The notes under the pieces were generated by a model. It was not told the origin of the DNA. It was given only the letters and a program-made list of their open reading frames with translations, and made no database searches. Below, one piece after another: positions 10,989 to 20,704 of a stretch of 49,868 nucleotides of DNA. Position 1 is the first letter of the stretch, and every line of letters begins with the position of its first letter. A program made the translations under genes and the position numbers. The DNA is from a candidate division WOR-3 bacterium (GTDB lineage Bacteria; Hydrothermota; Tepidihabitantia; SM23-42; CAYGYG01). The stretch is from positions 1-49,868 of the forward strand of contig CBFGIV010000014.1 of assembly GCA_965648915.1 (NCBI GenBank), given 5' to 3'.

Positions 10989-13022
10989 TTATTGAATCAG
11001 GAGAATCTTTTGTGTTACCGATTGCTCATCCGTATCTAACCGAACAAAGTAGACGCCTGCGGGCATCTTTTTCCCATTGCGATCCCGGCAGGGCCAGACG
11101 AAGTTGCAAGCAGTAGCGTTGCTTAATAACTGATATTGATTGACGACGCGGCCTGAAATATCAAAGATTGAAAGTAAGACCTTTTCATTCTCAGTTGCTT
11201 CAATGTGGAAGTGAATGTTGTCCTTTCCTAAATTAGGGTCGATCTGGAGTTTGAGCATCCTGGGTTTGGAAGTCAGGGGCAATTTCTCCTCGATACCAAG
11301 CAGAGGATAGACCTCAATTGCATCAACATCGAAACCGGCAGTCGGGGCATTGGCTGAGCCATCACCATCATCTCTCAATCTAATATACCGTGCCTGATTC
11401 TGGCCACCGGTCTGGAGATCGAATTCGGTTGTGCCATTGGCAATTCCCAATCTGGTCCAGGGCCCGTTCCAGTTATTGGCGACATAGACCGTGCACCGCT
11501 CAACATCGCTATCATCTTCAACCACGATAAAGTCATTACCGGTTCGATTAACCACCGGTGTTCCCATATCAAAATCTACCCAGCCACCAACACCGATTGA
11601 AAGTCGACGGCCATCCCGCAGTCCCAGTGCCCAATGAGTTAAGGAATGGTTAGCATAAGCCTGATTGGGGTCGGCAACATTACACATCGAAACCTTATAT
11701 GCAAACCGTCGCTGGGTTTGATTTGGAACAAGCCTTACATTAAGAACAACTGAAGTATCGCTGGGAACAACGATGTTTGATACTGTTTTGCTATTATATC
11801 CATTAGCACTAAATCTTATTGTATAGGTGCCGGGTCTGAGATAACGATGGTAGTCACCATTGGGTGAATCGGTATAACTGACCCAGCGGGCCGGGGTCGT
11901 CGGCTCAAGGAATGCCCTGGCTATAGGCTGTCCAGTAAATGAATCGGTTACGATACCTTCTATCCCCTGTTTGGCATATCTCATAAGATCAAGCATCGGA
12001 TCACGATGGGCATTAAAGAGTGAGTCGATTGAACTTGCCGGTGGCGTTTTGATGGAATGGACCTCAGCACCGATTGCCAGCATACCTTCACCACCATAGA
12101 AATGGTCGATAGTCGAACCGGCGCAGTAATACATTATCGAATATATCGAACCATATCTATTTCCTGTGGCCCGGGCATAAGAAGCACAAACCCTTCTAAA
12201 TTCTCCAGTATCGATGACTGCATCGCTGTGATAGCCCCAGGGATAGAGCGTTACAAGTGCCCCACCGTGATATGACATCCAGACAGAAAAGGCATCACGA
12301 TCAAATGCCTTTTTGATTGCCTGGGTCTCCAGTTCCGACATCGCTGCTGTCCCACCCTGTGCCCTCCACATATAACCAAAATTTCTATTTAAGTCAACGC
12401 CCCGACTATTATAGCGAGTGTTGTTGGCATAGCCATAAGGATTAACCATCGGCGCAATCCAGATCTCCCGGGTATTGACCAAATTTGTTACCAGCGGGAC
12501 CGAACCATAATTTCTCACCAAGTATTTTATCATCTCATAGGCAATCGCCCAGCCACATTTTTCATCACCGTGAATATCTGCCTCTAAAAAGACCCTCGGC
12601 TCGGGTTCGTTAACCGATGGGTTATCACTGATCTTTAATGCCAGGACTAAAAGCCCGGTGGCAGTTGTGCCCAGGGTATCAAGTTTACAGATCGTCGGAT
12701 TATTCTGGGCTATAATCTGCATCGTATCAATATATTCGTTATAGGTAAGATAACGCCCCTTCTCAAAATTCTCTTTATAGACAAGGTCAATGTCTGCCGT
12801 AATCGTCTCGATTCTGTAGCCCATATGCTCGAGTTCGACCTTCTGCCCTTTAGTAATTTCGGCAATAACCTCATTACCCTGGATATCATTAATTATTATT
12901 CCCATCTTATCAAGGATCACCGCATCATACTTTGAATCCACCTCTATCTTAACCAGATCGAGATGGGCAATGCTTAAGGAAAAAAATGAGAAGATCAGGA
13001 AAAAAGAAGACACCAAGCGCAT
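10989..13022 (-). CDS. Secreted M14 zinc carboxypeptidase with C-terminal sorting domain
   Basis: IHGDE, PMVNPYG, RYNSRGVDLNRNF, SYH, a carboxypeptidase regulatory-like domain, and GIEE plus MPAGVYF. Confidence 0.9.
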   Translation of the reverse strand: MRLVSSFFLIFSFFSLSIAHLDLVKIEVDSKYDAVILDKMGIIINDIQGNEVIAEITKGQKVELEHMGYRIETITADIDLVYKENFEKGRYLTYNEYIDTMQIIAQNNPTICKLDTLGTTATGLLVLALKISDNPSVNEPEPRVFLEADIHGDEKCGWAIAYEMIKYLVRNYGSVPLVTNLVNTREIWIAPMVNPYGYANNTRYNSRGVDLNRNFGYMWRAQGGTAAMSELETQAIKKAFDRDAFSVWMSYHGGALVTLYPWGYHSDAVIDTGEFRRVCASYARATGNRYGSIYSIMYYCAGSTIDHFYGGEGMLAIGAEVHSIKTPPASSIDSLFNAHRDPMLDLMRYAKQGIEGIVTDSFTGQPIARAFLEPTTPARWVSYTDSPNGDYHRYLRPGTYTIRFSANGYNSKTVSNIVVPSDTSVVLNVRLVPNQTQRRFAYKVSMCNVADPNQAYANHSLTHWALGLRDGRRLSIGVGGWVDFDMGTPVVNRTGNDFIVVEDDSDVERCTVYVANNWNGPWTRLGIANGTTEFDLQTGGQNQARYIRLRDDGDGSANAPTAGFDVDAIEVYPLLGIEEKLPLTSKPRMLKLQIDPNLGKDNIHFHIEATENEKVLLSIFDISGRVVNQYQLLSNATACNFVWPCRDRNGKKMPAGVYFVRLDTDEQSVTQKILLIQ

Positions 13023-13084
13023 AAAACCTCCTGTGGTTAGCTAAAATCTATTTGTTTTTGACCATTTGTCAATAAATAAAATTG

Positions 13085-13122
13085 TGTAAAAAATGATACA
13101 CCATAGTGTAGAATTTGAGACC
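13085..13122 (+). promoter_or_regulatory. Tandem putative enhancer (UAS) sites for a sigma54 activator
   Basis: TGT-N10-ACA (13085-13100) and TGT-N10-ACC (13107-13122), 22 bp apart, about 115-150 bp upstream of the predicted start site. Confidence 0.5.
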
Positions 13123-13208
13123 GATCAAACTATTACGCCTGCCCCCGGTCTGACTATTTTAATAACCATTGTTTTCTCAAGAAATCTGAATCACCAATAA
13201 TGGAATAA

Positions 13209-13224
13209 TGGTATGGTTTTTGCA
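13209..13224 (+). promoter_or_regulatory. Sigma54 (-24/-12) promoter
   Basis: TGGTATGGTTTTTGCA with exact GG-N10-GC spacing, followed by an AAGGAGG RBS and an ORF. Confidence 0.7.
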
Positions 13225-13254
13225 ATATAATAAATTGGGAACAAGGAGGTTTGT

Positions 13255-13446
13255 GTGATAAATGGTGAATGCGCTTACGCCTGTGGTTCACGTGCTAAGA
13301 ATGAAAATACAGATGAATGCAATTCATCTACTCGATCGGTTAATAACGACACAAATAAGATCTACCTTTGTGTAAAAGAAATGACCAAAAAGATCTGTCC
13401 GTATGTCAGTAATTACAGTGCCTGTCCGAGATATGAACCGAGATAA
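13255..13446 (+). CDS. Small Cys-rich protein (63 aa, 6 Cys)
   Basis: AAGGAGG RBS before GTG; lies downstream of the sigma54 promoter. Confidence 0.65.
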   Translation: MINGECAYACGSRAKNENTDECNSSTRSVNNDTNKIYLCVKEMTKKICPYVSNYSACPRYEPR

Positions 13447-13468
13447 AAAAATTCAAAGCATTGGTGCG

Positions 13469-13651
13469 CTATTGGACCCTGTTCTTAATAAAATTGCTGA
13501 TCACCGCCAGATTTTCATTTATATCCTTGAGCAGAATAACTATCTCGCCTAAGGCTTTAACTGCCAGCCATATTGGTTCTGGACTTTCATAAAGTCTTAT
13601 CGTCTCGAGTTCACGATCTGTAAAGACCTTAAAGCCTTCAAATTCAGCCAT
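13469..13651 (-). CDS. Small hypothetical protein (60 aa, helical)
   Basis: AAGGAGGT RBS and its own TTGACA-N16-TAAAAT promoter (13725-13698). Confidence 0.7.
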   Translation of the reverse strand: MAEFEGFKVFTDRELETIRLYESPEPIWLAVKALGEIVILLKDINENLAVISNFIKNRVQ

Positions 13652-13765
13652 CGTTTACCTCCTTACCAGCCTGGACTGAAGAATTCTGCTTTAATAAATT
13701 TTAGCCATATTCTACCAACTGTCAAGTAAATACGATTCTTATTAAACACCTTAATCCAAACCATA

Positions 13766-15691
13766 TCATCTTCTTAACAGACTGTCAATTTTATATCGCC
13801 GGCTGATAACTTCAGGGTCCCCTTTGAACAATGGCATCAACTTATTGAGGATCAGCTCAGCCTGTTTCAGTTCATTTTGGGCGATCAGAACATCAACCAA
13901 CCCCAGGGAGGCATTGTATTGAAAGGGTTGAACCAGCAGAATCCGTTCGAACATCGCTTTTGCCTCATCGTATAAGCCGTTCCAGTAATAAGCCAGACCG
14001 AGATTATTCATATAGGGAATTTTCAGTGAGTCTAATGTATAAGCCATCTTGAAAGCAGTTAGCGTCGAGTCCACCATCTTTAACTCTAAAAAAACACAAC
14101 CGAGATTTGTAAAAATATCCGGTTCCCGGGGATTTAAACGCCTTGCTATCCGCAAGTCTATCAGAGCATTCTCCAGATCTTTAATTTTTAAGTAAGCAAC
14201 TCCGGCATTGTACCAGTGTCGCCAATTCTTGGGACTGTGTCTGGCCGCCGCTTCATAATTGAGGGCAGCAAGGTATGAATCGTTTTGGGATTTATAGTGG
14301 AGAGCAAGAATCTCATAGCCCCAGGCAGTACCCTTTAACCCGGGCCGGGCGCGCAGAAGGTCCTGATATCTTATCAAAGAGGGCCTGGAAAGATGGTTAA
14401 TTATCAACCAGGGGGTTGATAAAATAAGAGAAAGAAGAACGATCGGAGTCAAGATCGATCGCCAGTTAGGAAGATTTTTTATGCTTCTCAACCCTGCAAC
14501 CATAATAAAGATGACGAGCCAGATAATACCCAGTGATGCAATATCCCAATCCCGGGCCAGTCCAAGATGAGAGTCGAAAAAGATCAGAAAGATAAAGAAA
14601 GTTAAACCATTGAACAAGAGGAACTTCAAATACCGATCATTAAATAACCCTTTACCGCTCTTCCCCTGAACAATCAGTGTCGCAAAAACCAATCCGGTTG
14701 GCAGATTGAGGAAAAAGATGTTCAGGATATCAATCCAACGATTAAAATCGATAACCGAAACCCAGTAGTCCTTGATCGAATATTCTTTCAAGACCAGCGA
14801 AGTAGTTAAGAGATTCTTGATCAGGGCGCGGGGTGGGTGGCCCAGTCTCATACCGAGAAGAAATGTTACTATTATCGGGATAAGCAACACGCTGATCATC
14901 TTCAACCAGAATGAGCCTCTTATCGATTCTCTCCTCTCTTTAACGACATAAATGATGAACGGGGGCAACAGGGCCAGGGCAACAATTTGCAAGGCGACTG
15001 CGGTTCCTAAGGCTAAAGCCAAAAGCGTTAGGCTGGGCTTTGGACTCGTCAGCCTGAGGAGAAAAAAGATTGTCAGGCAATAACCCGGCGCATAGTTTTC
15101 TATATGGCCAAAGAACATGACGTTTATCCCGAGAATGGCAAACAGAATAAGCAGCAACGGTTGGAACTTTTCCTCTTCCCTTTGGGTAAACTTTATATAC
15201 CCAATTATCGCCAAGAAGCCAACCAGCGTATTCACCATTCGATAAGCTGTCTCGCCCGATCTTATTGCCCGGGGTAAGACGAGATAGACTGCTCGATAGA
15301 TAAAAAGGGTCAGCAGTTCGGCAAAATGGACCGGTGTGTAAACTTCTATACTCTTCTTAAACATCATACCATCACCATAAAGAGAAATCGATTCCTGCAG
15401 TAAAATAGAAAAAACCATAAAGAGAAGGACAACAGCAATTTGAAAAGGCGGGATCGGAATATTCAGGTTTAATCCATTTTTGGGGATAAAGAAAAGAATA
15501 AAAACGGCGATGGCCAACAGAAATTGAATGGTTATAAAAGTCCGGGGAAAATAAGTGTTGATTGCGAAAAACCAGAAACTGTTTCTCAAAAGCCCCAGGG
15601 ATGGTAAAAAATAGAGAACAACAAGGACGGCAGAAGATATCAGGGCAACTAACCAGGCCCTCCTTCCCTTCTTTACGCTGATTGAATCCAT
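13766..15691 (-). CDS. Polytopic membrane protein with C-terminal TPR repeats (possibly GT-C glycosyltransferase-like)
   Basis: Many hydrophobic segments, GHIENY and RDWD motifs, TPR repeats (WYNAG, FTNLG, MNNLG). Start placed at MDSIS, downstream of yraN. Confidence 0.65.
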   Translation of the reverse strand: MDSISVKKGRRAWLVALISSAVLVVLYFLPSLGLLRNSFWFFAINTYFPRTFITIQFLLAIAVFILFFIPKNGLNLNIPIPPFQIAVVLLFMVFSILLQESISLYGDGMMFKKSIEVYTPVHFAELLTLFIYRAVYLVLPRAIRSGETAYRMVNTLVGFLAIIGYIKFTQREEEKFQPLLLILFAILGINVMFFGHIENYAPGYCLTIFFLLRLTSPKPSLTLLALALGTAVALQIVALALLPPFIIYVVKERRESIRGSFWLKMISVLLIPIIVTFLLGMRLGHPPRALIKNLLTTSLVLKEYSIKDYWVSVIDFNRWIDILNIFFLNLPTGLVFATLIVQGKSGKGLFNDRYLKFLLFNGLTFFIFLIFFDSHLGLARDWDIASLGIIWLVIFIMVAGLRSIKNLPNWRSILTPIVLLSLILSTPWLIINHLSRPSLIRYQDLLRARPGLKGTAWGYEILALHYKSQNDSYLAALNYEAAARHSPKNWRHWYNAGVAYLKIKDLENALIDLRIARRLNPREPDIFTNLGCVFLELKMVDSTLTAFKMAYTLDSLKIPYMNNLGLAYYWNGLYDEAKAMFERILLVQPFQYNASLGLVDVLIAQNELKQAELILNKLMPLFKGDPEVISRRYKIDSLLRR

Positions 15692-15710
15692 CTCTCCCTG
15701 CAGTATATTC

Positions 15711-16064
15711 TCAGAAAGCATCCTTAATGTGCTCGACCATAATCTTCTTCTTCTCAGTATAGATCGCCAGGACATCAAAATGGCAATCGACCCGATCCCA
15801 GAGATTCTGTTCTTTTAAGTAATAAGTGGCAACTCTTCTGATTCTGACCTGCTTTCTGTGCACGACCGATTCCTGGGGAAAACCATAATCCAGCGAGGTC
15901 CGCAATTTAACTTCAATGAATGTCAGTGCATCACCTTTTTGGGCGATCAGATCGATCTCGCCCAGATAACACCGGTAATTCTGGGCAAGAATCTTGTAGC
16001 CTTTCTTTTTAAGATATTCACCGGCAATGGCCTCACCTTTTGCACCCAGTGATTTCTTTTCCAT
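15711..16064 (-). CDS. yraN: YraN (UPF0102) family endonuclease-like protein
   Basis: GAKGEAIA, GEIDLIA, FIEVKLR, FDVLAI, HIKDAF. Confidence 0.92.
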   Translation of the reverse strand: MEKKSLGAKGEAIAGEYLKKKGYKILAQNYRCYLGEIDLIAQKGDALTFIEVKLRTSLDYGFPQESVVHRKQVRIRRVATYYLKEQNLWDRVDCHFDVLAIYTEKKKIMVEHIKDAF

Positions 16065-16651
16065 CAGATTAGTTTGAAGGTCTTACGATGGATCAGACAG
16101 GGACCGTAACGGGCAAGCGCAAGCCGATGTTTCTTTGTTGGATAGCCCTTATGTTGATCAAAATTATACTGTGGATAGGCTTTATGAAATCTCATCATAA
16201 TTTCATCTCTTCTTACCTTTGCCAGAATCGATGCCGCCGCAATCGAAATACTCTTTTCATCGCCCTTGATAATATTCTTCTGGGGGAAAGGTAAATCGGG
16301 AATAAAGACTGCGTCGGTAATGACCAGATCCGGCTTCAAGGAGAGATTTGAGATTGCCTTCTGCATTGCCCTGATTGTTGCCTGATAGATATTTATTCGG
16401 TCAATCGTTCGGTGATTGGCATAACCGAAACTGTAGGCAAGAGCATTTCGAATAATTAAGTCGAATAATGACTGCCTTTTTCCAGGACTCAACTTCTTAG
16501 AATCGTCTATTGCCGGATGGAAAAAATAAGGGGGTAAAACAACACAGGCAGCAACTACCGGGCCGGCAATCGGACCCCGGCCCGCCTCATCAATACCACA
16601 AATATACTTATTCCTGGGCCAGAGTTTCAGATCCAGGTTTTCTCTCACCAC
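16064..16651 (-). CDS. rnhB: Ribonuclease HII
   Basis: [39 protein letters not shown]. Confidence 0.96.
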   Translation of the reverse strand: MVRENLDLKLWPRNKYICGIDEAGRGPIAGPVVAACVVLPPYFFHPAIDDSKKLSPGKRQSLFDLIIRNALAYSFGYANHRTIDRINIYQATIRAMQKAISNLSLKPDLVITDAVFIPDLPFPQKNIIKGDEKSISIAAASILAKVRRDEIMMRFHKAYPQYNFDQHKGYPTKKHRLALARYGPCLIHRKTFKLI

Positions 16652-16955
16652 TGGCCTCTTTTATCTTTGACTTCTTCCCTTTCTTTCCCCGGAGATAAAA
16701 GAGTTTTGCCTTTCTGACCTGTCCCCGTTTCTTCACCTCAATTTTGGTTATATTTGGTGAATAGAGCGGATAAATCCTCTCAACCCCAATACCACCCGAT
16801 ATCTTACGAACCGTAAATGTCTTGCTCGGCCCTGCTCCCCGGAGTTGAATCACTGTTCCCTGAAAGGTTGTGATGCGCTCTTTACCTCCTTCGACTATCT
16901 TTGAATAGACCTTTATCAGATCACCGGCACGAAATTCAGGAATCTTTTCCATCAA
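16608..16955 (-). CDS. rplS: 50S ribosomal protein L19
   Basis: [33 protein letters not shown]. Confidence 0.97.
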   Translation of the reverse strand: MMEKIPEFRAGDLIKVYSKIVEGGKERITTFQGTVIQLRGAGPSKTFTVRKISGGIGVERIYPLYSPNITKIEVKKRGQVRKAKLFYLRGKKGKKSKIKEASGERKPGSETLAQE

Positions 16956-17682
16956 GAACCTCCATCATTGTTAAAAAGTCTTCTTTTGAAAAAATCTGGT
17001 CGGGTAATAGATCATTGCGTTTTAATAAAGTATTGCGCAGGGATTCCCGATGACGCCATTTTTCAATCGCTTGATGATCGCCCGAGATCAGTGTCTTGGG
17101 GACCGGGAGTTGCCGAAATATTCTTGGTCGGGTGTAATAGGGTGCATCAAGAAGTCCGGTCTGGAAAGAGTCGGTCAGACAGGAATCAAAGTCACCCAGG
17201 ACACCCGGCAGAAAACGGCTCACCGCTTCTAGTAGAACAAGGGCTGCCGCTTCACCACCCGGCAGGACATAATCGCCAATTGAAAGTTCAAGTGGTTTTA
17301 AGATCATTTTGAGACGATGATCAATCCCTTTATAGCGACCACATATCAGAATAAGATGTTTACTCCTGGCCAATTCCTCAACCAGTTTCTGATTGAGATG
17401 CCTTCCCTGAGGTGTGAGGTAAATAATTACTGAGGCACGCTTCTGGCAACTACGCACCGCCTTAAATATAGGCTCAGGTTTAAGAATCATACCTGCACCA
17501 CCACCATAAGGATAGTCATCAACTACAGCCTTATCAGCGTAATCCCTTAAGTTAATCGTCTTAACAATCAGTACCTTCTTTTCCCGGGCGATCCTGACCG
17601 TGCCAAACTTTAACGCCGTCTTAAAATAATCAGGGAAGATTGTCAGGATATCAATTTTTAAGGAAGCAAGGGATGGTTTCAC
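16936..17682 (-). CDS. trmD: tRNA (guanine-37-N1)-methyltransferase
   Basis: [41 protein letters not shown]. Confidence 0.96.
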   Translation of the reverse strand: MKPSLASLKIDILTIFPDYFKTALKFGTVRIAREKKVLIVKTINLRDYADKAVVDDYPYGGGAGMILKPEPIFKAVRSCQKRASVIIYLTPQGRHLNQKLVEELARSKHLILICGRYKGIDHRLKMILKPLELSIGDYVLPGGEAAALVLLEAVSRFLPGVLGDFDSCLTDSFQTGLLDAPYYTRPRIFRQLPVPKTLISGDHQAIEKWRHRESLRNTLLKRNDLLPDQIFSKEDFLTMMEVLDGKDS

Positions 17683-17694
17683 TCGTTCGCTTTT

Positions 17695-17925
17695 CTATTC
17701 GATGATTTCCAGCACAGCCCGTTTACCCTGCTTCATTGCAGCGGCTGTGATTATGGTTCGGATCGCCTTTGCTGTCCTTCCTTCTTTACCAATCACTTTA
17801 CCAAGATCACCTTCACCTACTCTCAACTCATAGATTATACTCTTTTCACCTGCGATCTCAGTAACCGATACTTTATCAGGATTATCAACCAATGCCTTAA
17901 CGACAAATTCAATTAACTGTTTCAT
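17695..17925 (-). CDS. khpA: KH-domain RNA-binding protein KhpA
   Basis: [45 protein letters not shown] before ATG 17925. Confidence 0.92.
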   Translation of the reverse strand: MKQLIEFVVKALVDNPDKVSVTEIAGEKSIIYELRVGEGDLGKVIGKEGRTAKAIRTIITAAAMKQGKRAVLEIIE

Positions 17926-18175
17926 CGTTGCCTCCTTTGGATTTGTTTTGTAAGACGCGCAACAGCCTTGACACGGTGTTAGTCGGCTTTGCACCTTTAT
18001 CAATCCAGTAGTTTATCCGATCCCGATTCATTTTAAAGATTCGCTTGTCTCTGGGATCATAATAACCTACACTCTCAAGATATTCACCATCCCTTGCTTT
18101 CCGAGCATCAATCACAACGATCCGGAAGAAAGGTCGATTCTTATGACCTTCTCTTCTAAGTCTGATTCTTACCAT
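17909..18175 (-). CDS. rpsP: 30S ribosomal protein S16
   Basis: [28 protein letters not shown]. Confidence 0.97.
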   Translation of the reverse strand: MVRIRLRREGHKNRPFFRIVVIDARKARDGEYLESVGYYDPRDKRIFKMNRDRINYWIDKGAKPTNTVSRLLRVLQNKSKGGNDETVN

Positions 18176-18492
18176 AAGTATATTAATATATTCAACTTAT
18201 CGTAAATGTCAAGAAGACTTTTGACAAAATTCACAATATTTTAAGGATCGGCAGATTCTCAATATTCAGAATTGAAATTGAATAAACCATAAACTTACGG
18301 CGTTACATATATAACCATCTCTGACGGGAGAGGTTAAAATAATATCTGTTTTTTCAGAAATTTTCTCTTCCTACCCCTATCTTCTTCCATCACGGGGGAG
18401 GGAAAGTAAAACTATCTTAAAGATTGACCCAAAACCGAAAACTGCTTGACTTGTGAGCGAATTGGGTTATATTTAATTTGATAAGGAGCAGA

Positions 18493-19965
18493 ATGAGACG
18501 ATTACTTATCCATTCCGGTATAGTTATAATACTGGCAATAACTGCCATTTTGTTAATTAAAATCTATCCGGTCCGACCCAGAATCAGTCCTGGTCCGGAT
18601 ATCAAAATCCAGGGAGATAAACCCCTCATCTATGACGAGGGAGAGTGGCTCGGTATCTACTTTCAAGGTAAGAAGGTTGGCTATACCTTTACCAAGATCG
18701 GCCAGACGCCTCGGGGTTATAAATTTGACAATCTGATGAATATGACGATGGTTGTGGCTAATGAGCCGCGCGAAATAAAGATGGTTGCCCGGGTCACCAC
18801 TGACCGGGAATATCGGATTCAGGACTATTTTATGGAAATGGCAACGATGGGGCACACAATTAAAACAACTGGCGTCGTCCGGGATAAAAAGGTCGTCCTG
18901 ACAGTAAACAGCCAGGGAATCGAACGAACCCAGGAAGTCGAACTGGATAGTGCACCATATTTTCACGAAGCGCTCGAAGCCCTGATTAAAAAAAGGCAAT
19001 TGAGAGACGGCGACAGCCTTATCCTGCCCTTCTTCGACATCTCGACCCAGACCCCTTCCCAGGCAATACTTAAAGTTATTGGAAATGATGAAATTGTAAT
19101 AGAAGGCGAGAACTATCAAACTCGAAAGATCGCAGTCAATGTTCTCGGGATGCAATCCTATTTATGGCTTGACCAGGATGGCCGTTTCTTGAAAGAGTCT
19201 TCACCGATCGGGATCGAGATGATTCGGGAAAGAAAAGAAAAAGCCCTAGCCTCGATAAAACCAGAAGAACTGACCGATATCCTGACTTTCGTTTCAGTGA
19301 AGTTAGATACGGTAATTGCTGACCACCTGAATATCAAATATATGAAGTTGCAGATCGACGACCTCGATACTGTCAATTTAGACCTCGAGGATGACTTCCA
19401 ACGTATTATATCGAAGAGACCACTAATTATTGAATTCGTCACTCCCGACCTCGAATCAATTCCGGAAATAAGTGCACCGGGCAAGGTGGAGATGGAGTTT
19501 GTAAAGCCTTCAATCTATATTCAATCTGAAGAACCTGAAATTGTCAGGACTGCAAAAAATATTGCCGGGATCGAAACCGATAAAAAAGAGGTTGTGCAGC
19601 GCCTGACCAACTGGATTTATGTTAATTTAAAGAAACGGCCAACCGTTTCAATGCCTTCAGCCGTCGATGTTTTAAAGACTATGGAAGGTGACTGTAATGA
19701 ACACGCTATTCTCTTTGTCGCATTTGCCCGTGCTCTTGGCATACCGGCAAAGATCTATGTCGGTCTGGTGAATCTCGGCAATGCCTACTACTATCATGCC
19801 TGGTGTGCAGTCTATCTCGGCAAATGGGTCCCGGTCGACCCCACCTTCAATCAATTTCCGGCTGATGCTGGTCATTTTAAATTAAAGACCGGCGAATTAT
19901 CCGAACAGACGAAAGTCTTAAAGGTTGTCGGTAAATTAAAAATCAAGGTCCTTGCCTATCGATGA
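18493..19965 (+). CDS. Membrane-anchored transglutaminase-like domain protein
   Basis: N-terminal TM segment; Cys-His-Asp motifs GDCNEHA, YHAW, WVPVDPT; AAGGAG RBS before ATG 18493. Confidence 0.85.
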   Translation: MRRLLIHSGIVIILAITAILLIKIYPVRPRISPGPDIKIQGDKPLIYDEGEWLGIYFQGKKVGYTFTKIGQTPRGYKFDNLMNMTMVVANEPREIKMVARVTTDREYRIQDYFMEMATMGHTIKTTGVVRDKKVVLTVNSQGIERTQEVELDSAPYFHEALEALIKKRQLRDGDSLILPFFDISTQTPSQAILKVIGNDEIVIEGENYQTRKIAVNVLGMQSYLWLDQDGRFLKESSPIGIEMIRERKEKALASIKPEELTDILTFVSVKLDTVIADHLNIKYMKLQIDDLDTVNLDLEDDFQRIISKRPLIIEFVTPDLESIPEISAPGKVEMEFVKPSIYIQSEEPEIVRTAKNIAGIETDKKEVVQRLTNWIYVNLKKRPTVSMPSAVDVLKTMEGDCNEHAILFVAFARALGIPAKIYVGLVNLGNAYYYHAWCAVYLGKWVPVDPTFNQFPADAGHFKLKTGELSEQTKVLKVVGKLKIKVLAYR

Positions 19966-20693
19966 GCCGCTTAAGAACCGTCGCTCTCACCAAGAGATTC
20001 AATAATATTACCGCGGTTGACCATCTCAATATCGAACTCAAGGCCGGCGAGATCTTTGTCCTTCTGGGGCCAAATGGTGCGGGGAAAACGACAACCTTAA
20101 AACTAATCGTCGGCTTGCTCAAACCTGACTGTGGTCAAATCTATATCGAGGATATCGACTGTCAGAAAGAACCCGAGCGGGCCAAAGCCCGTATCGGCTA
20201 TATTTCGGATAATCCTTTTATCTATCAGCGCCTTACCGGCCGTGAATTTCTCTATTTTGTTGGCGGCATTTTCAAGATTCCCAGGCCCGTTTACGAGCGG
20301 AAAATCGAAGAGATCATTAAACTCCTCGACATCGGTGCCTGGATTGATCTCCCTGCAGGTGAATATTCCCACGGTATGCGCCAGAAGATTGTCCTGGCCC
20401 AGGCTATGCTTCACGATCCTCTTCTCTACATAATCGATGAACCGCTGGTTGGGCTCGATCCCAAAAGTATCAAGGTAGTCAAAGAGATATTTCAGGCGGA
20501 ACGTTCTCAAGGCAAAACTTTCTTCATCTCAACCCATCTCCTCTCGCTCACCGAGGAGATCGCTGATCGGATTGGGATCATCAACCATGGTCAACTCAAA
20601 TTTGTTGGCTCACTGAGTGAGTTAAAAAGACTGGCGGGCCAGGAGGATATCGAAGATATGTATCTTAAACTTACTTCAGAAGTAAAACAATAG
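19962..20693 (+). CDS. ABC transporter ATP-binding protein
   Basis: GPNGAGKTT, YSHGMRQK, IIDEP, STH. Confidence 0.95.
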   Translation: MSRLRTVALTKRFNNITAVDHLNIELKAGEIFVLLGPNGAGKTTTLKLIVGLLKPDCGQIYIEDIDCQKEPERAKARIGYISDNPFIYQRLTGREFLYFVGGIFKIPRPVYERKIEEIIKLLDIGAWIDLPAGEYSHGMRQKIVLAQAMLHDPLLYIIDEPLVGLDPKSIKVVKEIFQAERSQGKTFFISTHLLSLTEEIADRIGIINHGQLKFVGSLSELKRLAGQEDIEDMYLKLTSEVKQ

Positions 20694-20704
20694 ACTATTA
20701 AGGA

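Noticed and set aside
18300..18415. Purine/pyrimidine-skewed imperfect hairpins between rpsP and the transglutaminase gene
   Set aside because: Pairing is weak and there is no second copy in the window; possibly degenerate REP-like remnants, but unsupported.
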